64,000 bases of DNA from assembly GCF_044792175.1 (NCBI RefSeq), contig NZ_CP172866.1. The stretch is one strand, 5' to 3'. Of this stretch, positions 28,566-36,641 are shown in pieces; position 1 is the first letter of the stretch, and the number at the start of each line of letters is the position of its first letter. Source of the stretch: Corallococcus coralloides. Its GTDB lineage: Bacteria; Myxococcota; Myxococcia; Myxococcales; Myxococcaceae. Below the pieces are notes generated by a model. The model was not told the origin of the DNA and did not search any database. It saw nothing but the letters and a program-made list of their open reading frames with translations. Made by a program: the position numbers and the translations under genes.

Positions 28566-31457
28566 GTGAAGATCGGCCGGACCTCGGAGAACGACCTGGT
28601 CCTGCATGACCACGGTGTCTCCCGGCGTCATGCCCGCATCACGGCGAGGGATGGGCGTTACTTCGCCGAGGACGTTGGCAGCGCGAACGGCACGCAGTTG
28701 AACGGCCAGCCGCTGGGCGGCCAGAAGCAACTGCGCGACGGCGACCGCATCACCGTGGGGCCGGTGGAGTTCACCTTCGTGTGGGTGGCGCCGGAGGATG
28801 ACGACGACGTCACCCGGCCCATCCGGCGGATGCTCGCGCCGCCGCACGCGAAGGTGTCTCCGCAGGGCGTGGAGCAGGCCTCGCTCGCGGAGATCGAAGC
28901 GGCGCCCACGAGCTACCAGCCGTCGATGCCGGCCATGGCCCGGCCCGCGTCCCCGCCGCGCCCGGGGATGGCCGTGCCCGCCGCGAAGGGTGGGGCGATG
29001 CCGATGCCGGCCGCCACGCCGAAGCGGCCCTCCGCTCCGGATCTACCGGCGGTTGGTGCCTCCGCGCCGGGGGCGGCTGCTCCGGCCCGGACGCCTCCGG
29101 GGCCTCCCGTGCTTGGGGCCTCCGCGCCGGGCCGGGCTGCACCGGGAACTCCCGTGCTGGGCACGCCCACGCCGGGGGCGGCGGCTTCGCCCAAGCCTGG
29201 TGTGCAGGGAGCCTCTGTTCCGGCGACTCCGCCCCGGCCTCCCTCGGGTCCGCCTGCGCTGGGCGCCTCTGCGTCCTCTGCTTCGGGCAAGGTTCCCGCC
29301 GCGCCTTCCGTGGTGGGGAGCCTGGGGCAGGGCGCGACCGCGCCGGCCAGGACTCCCGCGGGCCCTCCGGTGTTGGGTCCCGCGGCTCCCGGCGAGGGTT
29401 CCCCGGCCAGGGCTCCTGCGGCTCCCCCGGTGCTGTCGGCCGGGAACAAGGCCTCGGGAGCTTCCGCCGCCGTCCGTGCCTCCGGGCCGGGACCGTCCTT
29501 GGCGGCCCGGGGCGCAGCGGCTTCGTCACCCGGCCTGCCGTTGATGTCTCCGCCGGGGCTGATGGTTCCGCCTCCTCCCGCACGGCCTCTCGCCGTGCCT
29601 CCTCCCGTGGAGCTGGCCCCCGTGGCGCCGGACGAGCCCGAGGAGCGCACGCTGATGGCGATCTCCACGGTGGACTCGCCCGTGCCCGCCGCCACGCCGC
29701 CTCCCGTGCTGTCCCTCCCGGACATGGACGAGCCCGAGGAGCGCACGCTGATGGCGATCTCCACGGTGGACTCGCGCGTGCCCGCCGCCGCGCCGCCTCC
29801 CGTGCTGCCTCTCCCGGAGCTGGACGAGCCCAACGAGAGCACGCTGATGGCGATTCCCACGGCGGACCTGGCCGTGCCCGCCGCCACACCGCCCCCGGCG
29901 CTCTCCTTCCCGGAGCTGGACGAGCCCGAGGAGCGCACGCTGATGGCGATTCCGGCGACCCCGGAAGCGCCACCGGTTCCCGTCGCGCCGCCGCCGCAGG
30001 AGGCCCCGCCCGCGCTGCCCCCGCCGGCGATGGAGGAGCCCGAGGAGCGGACCGTCCTCGACCTCCGGCCCATCACGCCGGTCAAGCCGCTCGTGGCCCC
30101 TCCGGTGCGCATCGTGAGCGCGCCCGCCGCCGCGCTCGACTCCAGCGAGCCCTCGACCTTCGTCGGCCAGGACGATGACCTCTCCGCGGCCCCCGAGGAG
30201 ACCCGGGCCTCCGGGACCTTCTCGGGCCAGGTCGCGCCCGGACCCGCCGCACCGGCCGCGGCGCCTCCGCCGGCCTGGAGCCCTCCCGTCCCGCCGCCTT
30301 CCGAGGAGCCGGTGACGTTCGTCGGCCACGACCGCGCCCCGCCTGCCCCGGCCCTGGACCCCGGGCTGCTGACGGGCGAAATCCCACTGCTGGCCCATGT
30401 GCCCGCTCCGGACGCGGAGGGTGAAGCCACCCTGCCCGTGCCGGCCAACCTGGATGAGTCCGCCACCCAGCCCGCGCCAAGGGGCCCGGTGACGGTCGTC
30501 GCGAAGGTCGAGCCCTCGTCCGCCGCCGACAAGGCCCGCCAGCGGCGCCAGTTGGGCAAGACGCTCAAGGGCCGGTTCCTCCTCTTCTGGCAGCGCCAGT
30601 CGCTGCCCAGGCGCATCGGCTTCGCGTCGCTGGCGGGCGTGGCCGTGCTGGGCGTGCTGACGCTGCTCGTGGCGCTCGCGGCCCCCTCGGCCATCCGGCT
30701 CCCGGGCCGCGAACCCTTCACGCTGGGCATGGAGCCGGTGCCGGACTCCTTCGGCCTGGGCGAAGGGGTGCGCTGGGTCCACGCCGACGACAAGCTCTTC
30801 GACTTCCGCTTCGTGTCCCCCACGCGCGCCGTGGCGGTGCTGCACTACCAGGCCAGCAACATCGCCCGGGACGAGGTCAACCTGTCCCTCAACGGCGTGT
30901 CCCTGGGCTGGGTGCCCCCGGATACCGCCCAGACGGCCGAGCGTGAGCTGGAGCAGGTCCTCCCGCCCAGCCTCCTGCGGCGCAACGCCAACAACCAGCT
31001 CCTCTTCGACAACGCCCTCAACCCGCCCGGCCGCGACCCCTGGCGCATCTGGAACCTGCGGCTGGAGATCATCCCGGTGCCGGAACTGCCGCCGGATCAG
31101 CTCATCACCTCCGCCCGGGAGGCCGCCAAGGCAGGGGCCCGCTTCTACGAACTCAAGGACGTGGGCGCGGAGAACCTGTTCAAGGCGTGGCGGGAGTACC
31201 GCGCCGCGTGGATCACCCTGGAAGCGCTGGACGACAAGCCGGAGCTCTACGAGGACGTCCGGGAGCGGATCGCCCAGATTTCAACGGAGCTGGACCACCG
31301 CTGCAGCCAACTGATGATGCAGTTCCAGCGGGCGGTTCAGTTCCGCAGCCGACGGGATGCGGTCGCCACCCTGGAAGACGTACGGAGACGCTTCCCTACG
31401 GCCGAGCATCGCTGCCACAATCTCGCGCTGGAAAAAGCCTATGAGCACGAGCTTTAG
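28566..31457 (+). CDS. bitopic FHA-domain protein (cytoplasmic FHA, Pro-rich repeat linker, one TM helix, periplasmic C-terminal domain)
   Basis: FHA signature GRTSENDLVLHDHGVSRRHARI...GSANGTQLNG. TM helix at RRIGFASLAGVAVLGVLTLLVALAA. The FHA beta-1 region (PILLTITQGLQVGRELAFEQAE) is encoded in-frame upstream of the first canonical start, so the true start probably lies near 28497. Confidence 0.8.
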   Translation: MKIGRTSENDLVLHDHGVSRRHARITARDGRYFAEDVGSANGTQLNGQPLGGQKQLRDGDRITVGPVEFTFVWVAPEDDDDVTRPIRRMLAPPHAKVSPQGVEQASLAEIEAAPTSYQPSMPAMARPASPPRPGMAVPAAKGGAMPMPAATPKRPSAPDLPAVGASAPGAAAPARTPPGPPVLGASAPGRAAPGTPVLGTPTPGAAASPKPGVQGASVPATPPRPPSGPPALGASASSASGKVPAAPSVVGSLGQGATAPARTPAGPPVLGPAAPGEGSPARAPAAPPVLSAGNKASGASAAVRASGPGPSLAARGAAASSPGLPLMSPPGLMVPPPPARPLAVPPPVELAPVAPDEPEERTLMAISTVDSPVPAATPPPVLSLPDMDEPEERTLMAISTVDSRVPAAAPPPVLPLPELDEPNESTLMAIPTADLAVPAATPPPALSFPELDEPEERTLMAIPATPEAPPVPVAPPPQEAPPALPPPAMEEPEERTVLDLRPITPVKPLVAPPVRIVSAPAAALDSSEPSTFVGQDDDLSAAPEETRASGTFSGQVAPGPAAPAAAPPPAWSPPVPPPSEEPVTFVGHDRAPPAPALDPGLLTGEIPLLAHVPAPDAEGEATLPVPANLDESATQPAPRGPVTVVAKVEPSSAADKARQRRQLGKTLKGRFLLFWQRQSLPRRIGFASLAGVAVLGVLTLLVALAAPSAIRLPGREPFTLGMEPVPDSFGLGEGVRWVHADDKLFDFRFVSPTRAVAVLHYQASNIARDEVNLSLNGVSLGWVPPDTAQTAERELEQVLPPSLLRRNANNQLLFDNALNPPGRDPWRIWNLRLEIIPVPELPPDQLITSAREAAKAGARFYELKDVGAENLFKAWREYRAAWITLEALDDKPELYEDVRERIAQISTELDHRCSQLMMQFQRAVQFRSRRDAVATLEDVRRRFPTAEHRCHNLALEKAYEHEL
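29631..30060 (+). repeat. about 4.3 copies of a 96-bp in-frame tandem repeat encoding LPxxDEPEERTLMAISTVDSxVPAAxPPPVLx
   Basis: The unit gacgagcccgaggagcgcacgctgatggcgat... recurs at about 29631, 29727, 29823 and 29919, with a decayed copy near 30030. Confidence 0.8.
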
Positions 31458-31484
31458 GGCCCGTGCCCCCCTCAGCAGGACGCG

Positions 31485-33233
31485 GTGACCTCCATGTCGA
31501 ACGCACCACCCCCCGCCCGCCGACGGCCTACATCTGGCACGCCCTCCTCCGGGACCGGTTCGCGCGCGCCGGTCCGCCGGTCGTCCGCCGGTGCCGCCGC
31601 GGCCCGCCCCGCGAAGCTCGTCGTCATCGCCGGCCCCATGGAGGGTGAGGAGTTCGCGCTCTCCGAGCTCGAGTACACGGTCGGCCGCTCCACCGACAAC
31701 CCCATCTGCATCCAGGACACGTCCGTCTCCCGCAAGCACGTGACGCTGCGCAAGGAGTCCGCCGGCTGGATGGTCAGTGACATGGGCTCCGGCAACGGCA
31801 CCATCGTCAACGGCGAGCCCATCTCCGAGGAGACGCTCCTCGCCAACGGCGACGTCATCACGCTGGGCGACTCGGAGCTGCGCTACGAGGACACCGCCAA
31901 CAGCACCGCGAAGGTGCAGGCCCCCACCGGCCCCCGGCCCCGTCCATCCTCGGCGGCGGGCCGCGGTTCCACGGCCGTGCCCACGCGCCCCGCCCGCGAG
32001 GGCCGCGCGCGCCCGCAGACGTCGCGGGCCGCCGCCGCCGCGGAGCTCTCGCCGGAGGTGCAGCGCAAGCGCATGCGGATGAAGCTCGCGGGCGCCGCCG
32101 TGCTGGTGGTGCTCTTCGCGGGCCTGGGCGTCGCGCGCTCGCGCATGCGGCAACAGGCGGAGGAGCAGGGCCGCATCGAGGCGGAGCAGCGCAGCTACCG
32201 CGAGCAGTTGGGCGGCCTCTTCCAGGAGGCGAAGAACCTGGTGCGCGAGGGCCAGTGGCAGCAGGCCAAGGCGAAGCTGGAGGAGCTCCACGCGCAGGCG
32301 CCGGACTACCCCGGCGTGGCGGACTACCTGAAGGCCGCGGAGCGGGAGATCCCCAACCAGAACCACCTGAGCACGGCCCAGGCGGCGCTGGACAAGGGCC
32401 AGTTGGCCAGCGCGAAGGCGTCCATCGAGAAGGTGACCAGCGACACCCAGCTCTACGAGCAGTTGAAGACGGCGCGCAAGAACCTGACGGACGCCGCCGA
32501 CACGCGCACGAAGGAGGCCAAGCGGCTGCTGGACACCCGCCAGTTGGAGAACGTGCAGCAGGCCAAGGCCATCACCGACGACGTGCTCGCGACCTTCCCC
32601 GAGCACCGCGACGGCAAGCTGGTCAACGACGACGCCGTGCGCGTCATCGCGGACCTGACGCGTCCGGACCCCGTGCGCGTGGCCGCGGCGCCCAAGCCGT
32701 GGGAGCCCGCCGTGGACCGCTTCCGCGACGGTGACATCACCGGCGCGGTGGCCATCCTCAACGCGTGCGCGGCCAAGACGTCCCAGTGCAAGCAGTTGAT
32801 GGCGCAGGTGACGGAGTTCGGCAACCTCTACAAGAAGCTGGAGGACCTGGACGCCAAGGGCCTCACCCGCCTGCTCGCGCTGGACAAGGACATCACCGAC
32901 GGGCGCGCCAGCAAGATGGCGCGCAACGCGGGCACCCGCGCGGGCAACATCTATTACAAGAGCGCCGCGGGCGCGAAGGCCGCCGGCCAGTGGTCGCGCG
33001 CCATGGAGTTCGCCCGCCGCGCGCTCCAGGCGGACCCCAGCCACGCGGGCGCCGCCAACATCGTCAACGACCTCAAGGGCAAGGCGAAGGACCTGTACAT
33101 GCAGGCCTACTCCATCAAGGACTCCAGCCCGGAGGACGCGCTGCCCAAGTTCCGCGACGTCGTCGCGATGACGCCGCCCGACGACGAGCTGCACGGCAAG
33201 GCCCAGGGCTGGGTCGAGAAGCTGTCGCGATGA
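31485..33233 (+). CDS. second bitopic FHA-domain protein with TM helix and TPR/coiled-coil-like periplasmic domain
   Basis: Complete FHA domain (LVVIAGPMEGEEFALSELEYTVGRSTDNPICIQDTSVSRKHVTL...GSGNGTIVNG). TM at MKLAGAAVLVVLFAGLGVA. Stop overlaps the xseA start (ATGA). Confidence 0.8.
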   Translation: MTSMSNAPPPARRRPTSGTPSSGTGSRAPVRRSSAGAAAARPAKLVVIAGPMEGEEFALSELEYTVGRSTDNPICIQDTSVSRKHVTLRKESAGWMVSDMGSGNGTIVNGEPISEETLLANGDVITLGDSELRYEDTANSTAKVQAPTGPRPRPSSAAGRGSTAVPTRPAREGRARPQTSRAAAAAELSPEVQRKRMRMKLAGAAVLVVLFAGLGVARSRMRQQAEEQGRIEAEQRSYREQLGGLFQEAKNLVREGQWQQAKAKLEELHAQAPDYPGVADYLKAAEREIPNQNHLSTAQAALDKGQLASAKASIEKVTSDTQLYEQLKTARKNLTDAADTRTKEAKRLLDTRQLENVQQAKAITDDVLATFPEHRDGKLVNDDAVRVIADLTRPDPVRVAAAPKPWEPAVDRFRDGDITGAVAILNACAAKTSQCKQLMAQVTEFGNLYKKLEDLDAKGLTRLLALDKDITDGRASKMARNAGTRAGNIYYKSAAGAKAAGQWSRAMEFARRALQADPSHAGAANIVNDLKGKAKDLYMQAYSIKDSSPEDALPKFRDVVAMTPPDDELHGKAQGWVEKLSR

Positions 33234-34945
33234 AGAAGCGCAAGGGGTTGGAGCCGCCCCCGGCCGACGAGCCGGGGCAGGGCGACCTGTTCGGCACGTC
33301 GCTGCTACCCCCCTTGCGTCCCGCGCCGGCGAAGGCCGCCAGCGGAGGCAGGCCGCCCCCGGCCCCGCCCACCGCGCCGGTGGCTGAAGTCGCCGCGCCG
33401 CCGCCGCCCGCCGCCGTCACCCCGCCGCCGCGCCCCGAGCGCACGGTGCTGTCGGTGGGCGAGCTCACCCGGCAGATCAAGCAGACGGTGGAGTCGCGCT
33501 TCCCGCGCGTGATGGTGCGCGGCGAGGTGTCCAGCTTCCGGGGCGCCAACGCGCGCGGCCACTGGTACTTCACGCTCAAGGACCCGGACGCCTCCATCGA
33601 CGCGAAGGTGTGGGCGTCCATGGCCAGCCGCATCCGCTTCGCGCTGCGCGACGGCATGGAGGTCGTGGCCGAGGGCAGCGTGGACCTGTACGAGCCGCAG
33701 GGCCGCTACAGCCTCATCGTGTCCCGGCTGGAGCCGGTGGGCGAGGGCGCGCTGGCGCTCGCGTTCGAGCAGCTCAAGCAGCGGCTGGCGGCGGAGGGGC
33801 TCATCGGCGACCGGCGCGTGCGGCCGCCCCGGCCCGTGCCGTTCCTGCCCCGGCGCATCGGCGTCGTGACGAGCCGCACCGGCGCGGCGCTCCAGGACTT
33901 CCTGCGCGTGCTGCACTCGCGCAACCCCCGGCTGGGCGTGCTGCTGGCGGACGCGCGCGTGCAGGGGGAGGGCTCCGCGGAGGACGTGGCGCGGGCCATC
34001 GAGCGGCTCTCGCGCACCGACGTGGACGTCATCGTCGTGACGCGCGGCGGAGGCTCCGTGGAGGACCTCTGGACGTTCAACGAGGAGCGGGTGGCGCGCG
34101 CCATCTTCGCCTCGCCCGTGCCGGTGGTGTCCGCCATCGGCCACGAGATCGACTTCACCATCTCCGACTTCGTCGCGGACCTGCGCGCGCCCACGCCCAG
34201 CGCGGCGGCGGAGCGGCTGGCGCCGGTGCTGGCGGACCTGGAGCTGACGCTGGCCACGCAGTCCGGCCGGCTGCGCCGGGCCATGGAGCGCCGGGTGCTG
34301 GAGCTGCGCGAGCGCCAGGGCCAGCTCCGCGCGCGGCTGCCGGACCCTCGCCGCGAGGTGAACCACCAGCGCCTGCACCTGTCCGAACAGGTGGAGGCGA
34401 TGATGCGCGTGCTGCGCCCCCGCGTGCGTCAGGACCGGGAGACCTTGCGCGCCTTGCAGGAGCGGCTGCAGCGGGCGCGGCCCCAGACGCGGCTGTCGGA
34501 GCAGCGGGCGCACCTGCTCAAGCTGGCCATGCGCCTGTCGGACGCCGCTCGCGCGGGCGTCACCCGGCGGCGGGGCGCGCTGGCGGACGCGCGGCTGGGG
34601 CTGGAGCGGCAGTCCCCCACGGCGCGGGTGGCGGCCGAGCGGGCGAAGGTGGCCCAGGCGCGAGCGCGGCTCCTGGAGCTCCAGCGGGGAATGCTGGCCT
34701 CCGCGCAGACGCACTTCGGACGGCTGGGCGGCCGCCTGGACGCCCTGAGCCCCCTGAAGGTGATGTCGCGCGGCTACGCGGTGACGTTCCGCCAGCGGGA
34801 CGGCGTGGTGGTCCGCTCCATGGCGGACGTGGTGGTGGGGGACGTGCTGGGCATCAAGCTGGCGGCCCACGGGGCGAAAACCCTGGGTGGGTGTGAAGAA
34901 ATCGAAGCGACCGTTACCAGCCTGAAAGGCCCGGTGGACTGCTAG
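33230..34945 (+). CDS. xseA: exodeoxyribonuclease VII large subunit
   Basis: The 32765..34945 ORF was trimmed to the ATG at 33230 (MKKRKGLEPPP). It has an OB-fold N-terminus, catalytic core VTRGGGSVEDLWTFNEE and a long coiled-coil C-terminus. Confidence 0.9.
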   Translation: MKKRKGLEPPPADEPGQGDLFGTSLLPPLRPAPAKAASGGRPPPAPPTAPVAEVAAPPPPAAVTPPPRPERTVLSVGELTRQIKQTVESRFPRVMVRGEVSSFRGANARGHWYFTLKDPDASIDAKVWASMASRIRFALRDGMEVVAEGSVDLYEPQGRYSLIVSRLEPVGEGALALAFEQLKQRLAAEGLIGDRRVRPPRPVPFLPRRIGVVTSRTGAALQDFLRVLHSRNPRLGVLLADARVQGEGSAEDVARAIERLSRTDVDVIVVTRGGGSVEDLWTFNEERVARAIFASPVPVVSAIGHEIDFTISDFVADLRAPTPSAAAERLAPVLADLELTLATQSGRLRRAMERRVLELRERQGQLRARLPDPRREVNHQRLHLSEQVEAMMRVLRPRVRQDRETLRALQERLQRARPQTRLSEQRAHLLKLAMRLSDAARAGVTRRRGALADARLGLERQSPTARVAAERAKVAQARARLLELQRGMLASAQTHFGRLGGRLDALSPLKVMSRGYAVTFRQRDGVVVRSMADVVVGDVLGIKLAAHGAKTLGGCEEIEATVTSLKGPVDC

Positions 34946-34986
34946 CGGGCCACCCTCTACATTCCGCGCCCCGCTCGGGGAGGTGG

Positions 34987-35325
34987 ATGGCCGTGGCGAA
35001 GTCGGACAAGAACCCCAAGGTGGAGCCCGCTCCGGAGCAGTACGGAGACGTGGTGTCGCGCCTGGAAGAGACGGTGGCGCGGCTGGAAGGCGGCGACCTG
35101 TCGCTGGAAGAGTCGCTCAAGGCGTTCGAGGAGGGCATCCGCCTCGTCCGCCGGGGCGAGAAGCTGCTCACGGAGGCCGAGCAGCGCATCGAGCAGTTGC
35201 TGGTGGACGAGGACGGCCAGGACGTCGTGGCGCCGCTGGCGGTGGCGGCCCGGCCCGCTCCCCAGGCTGCCCCCCGGACGACCGCGCAGGCGCGTCCGCC
35301 ACCGGAGGACGATGTCCCGTTCTAG
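34987..35325 (+). CDS. xseB: exodeoxyribonuclease VII small subunit
   Basis: 112 aa with the helical XseB signature LEETVARLEGGDLSLEESLKAFEEGIRLVRRGEKLL. Confidence 0.85.
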   Translation: MAVAKSDKNPKVEPAPEQYGDVVSRLEETVARLEGGDLSLEESLKAFEEGIRLVRRGEKLLTEAEQRIEQLLVDEDGQDVVAPLAVAARPAPQAAPRTTAQARPPPEDDVPF

Positions 35326-35352
35326 GCATCAGGGGAAGGGCGGAGGCCGGGC

Positions 35353-35742
35353 ATGTCGAAGCCGAAGATTACGATTGTCGATGACGACCGCGACACGCGC
35401 GAGCTGCTCGCCGAGGCCCTGGGGGCCGAGGGCTTCGAGGTCATGTCCGCGGCCAATGGCCTGCGGCTCGTCGCGTCGCTGGAGCTGCACCGCCCGCACG
35501 CCATCCTCCTGGACGTGAACATGTCCTGGATCAACGGCTTCGAGCTGTGTCAGGCCGTGAAGCAGAACAAGCAGTTCCGGGACATCCCCATCATCTTCAT
35601 CAGCGGGCGGGGAGACCCGGAGGACAAGCGGCGTGGCATGGAGGTCGGCGCGGCCGACTACTTCGTGAAGCCGCTGGAGCTGGACGCGCTCGTCAAGCGC
35701 ATCCGCGAACTCATCCCCGCCGACGTGGCGAAGGAGCCCTGA
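35353..35742 (+). CDS. single-domain (CheY-like) response regulator
   Basis: 129 aa. A DDD acidic pocket, phospho-acceptor context ILLDVNM, and the conserved K in FVKP. Confidence 0.85.
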   Translation: MSKPKITIVDDDRDTRELLAEALGAEGFEVMSAANGLRLVASLELHRPHAILLDVNMSWINGFELCQAVKQNKQFRDIPIIFISGRGDPEDKRRGMEVGAADYFVKPLELDALVKRIRELIPADVAKEP

Positions 35743-35747
35743 CGCCG

Positions 35748-36641
35748 ATGGCCGCATTCAACCTGGAACCCTTCATGCGCACGCACCAGGCGCGGGTGGA
35801 GGCGCTCCTGCTCGAACGCGCGGACCGCCTGGGTCCCGCGGGCACGCCGCCCCGGCTGGCGGAGGCCATGCGCTACTCGCTGCTCGCGGGCGGCAAGCGC
35901 CTGCGCCCCGTGCTCTGCCTGGCCTTCGCGGACGCGGTGGCGAAGGCGAGCACCGACAGCGCCGTGGTGTTGGATGCGGCGTGCTCGCTGGAGTACGTGC
36001 ACACCTATTCGCTGGTGCATGACGACCTGCCCTGCCTGGACAACGACGACCTGCGCCGGGGCCGGCCCACGAACCACAAGGTCTACGGCGAGCCGCTGGC
36101 GCTGCTGGCCGGGGACGGGCTGCTCACGGAGGCCTTCCACGTGCTCGCCGGAGGGCCGGAGCCGGTGCGCGGCCTGCTGTGCGCGGAGCTGGCGCGCGCG
36201 GCGGGCGCGAGCGGGATGGTGGGCGGGCAGGTGCTGGACATCGCGGCGGACCGGGCCGCGGCGCTGGACTACCTGCTGCGGCTGCACCGGATGAAGACGG
36301 GCGCGCTCATCCTCGCGGCGTGCCGGATGGGCGTCCTGGCGGCCGGGGGCGACGCGGCGGCGCTCGCCAGCGCGGTGACGTACGGTGAGGCGGTGGGCCT
36401 GGCCTTCCAGATCGCGGACGACGTGCTGGACGTGACCTCCAGCGCGGAGGCCATGGGCAAGCCGGTGGGCGCGGACGCGGAGGCCGGGCGCTTCACCTTC
36501 CCGGCGGTGGTGGGGCTGGACGAGTCCCGGCGCATGGCCGACGAGCTGGTGGCCCGGGCGGAGGCCGCGGTGCGCCCGCTGGAGGGCGTGGACGGTCCGC
36601 TGGCGGCGCTGGCGCGCTACTCGGTGGAGCGGAAGTCCTGA
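35748..36641 (+). CDS. ispA: (2E,6E)-farnesyl diphosphate synthase / geranyltranstransferase
   Basis: Trimmed to the ATG at 35748. First and second aspartate-rich motifs are LVHDDLPCLDNDDLRRG and FQIADDVLD. Confidence 0.85.
   Translation: MAAFNLEPFMRTHQARVEALLLERADRLGPAGTPPRLAEAMRYSLLAGGKRLRPVLCLAFADAVAKASTDSAVVLDAACSLEYVHTYSLVHDDLPCLDNDDLRRGRPTNHKVYGEPLALLAGDGLLTEAFHVLAGGPEPVRGLLCAELARAAGASGMVGGQVLDIAADRAAALDYLLRLHRMKTGALILAACRMGVLAAGGDAAALASAVTYGEAVGLAFQIADDVLDVTSSAEAMGKPVGADAEAGRFTFPAVVGLDESRRMADELVARAEAAVRPLEGVDGPLAALARYSVERKS

Noticed and set aside
28810-30823. Minus-strand ORFs (387, 636 and 439 aa) inside the FHA gene
   Set aside because: Antisense of the Pro-rich repeat region. Repeat-driven, low-complexity Gly/Ala/Arg translations.
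31281-34896. Minus and + strand shadow ORFs inside the FHA2 and xseA genes (31281..33194, 33305..34870, 33610..34896)
   Set aside because: xseA and FHA2 show specific domain motifs in their assigned frames. The alternatives are Arg/Gly-rich.
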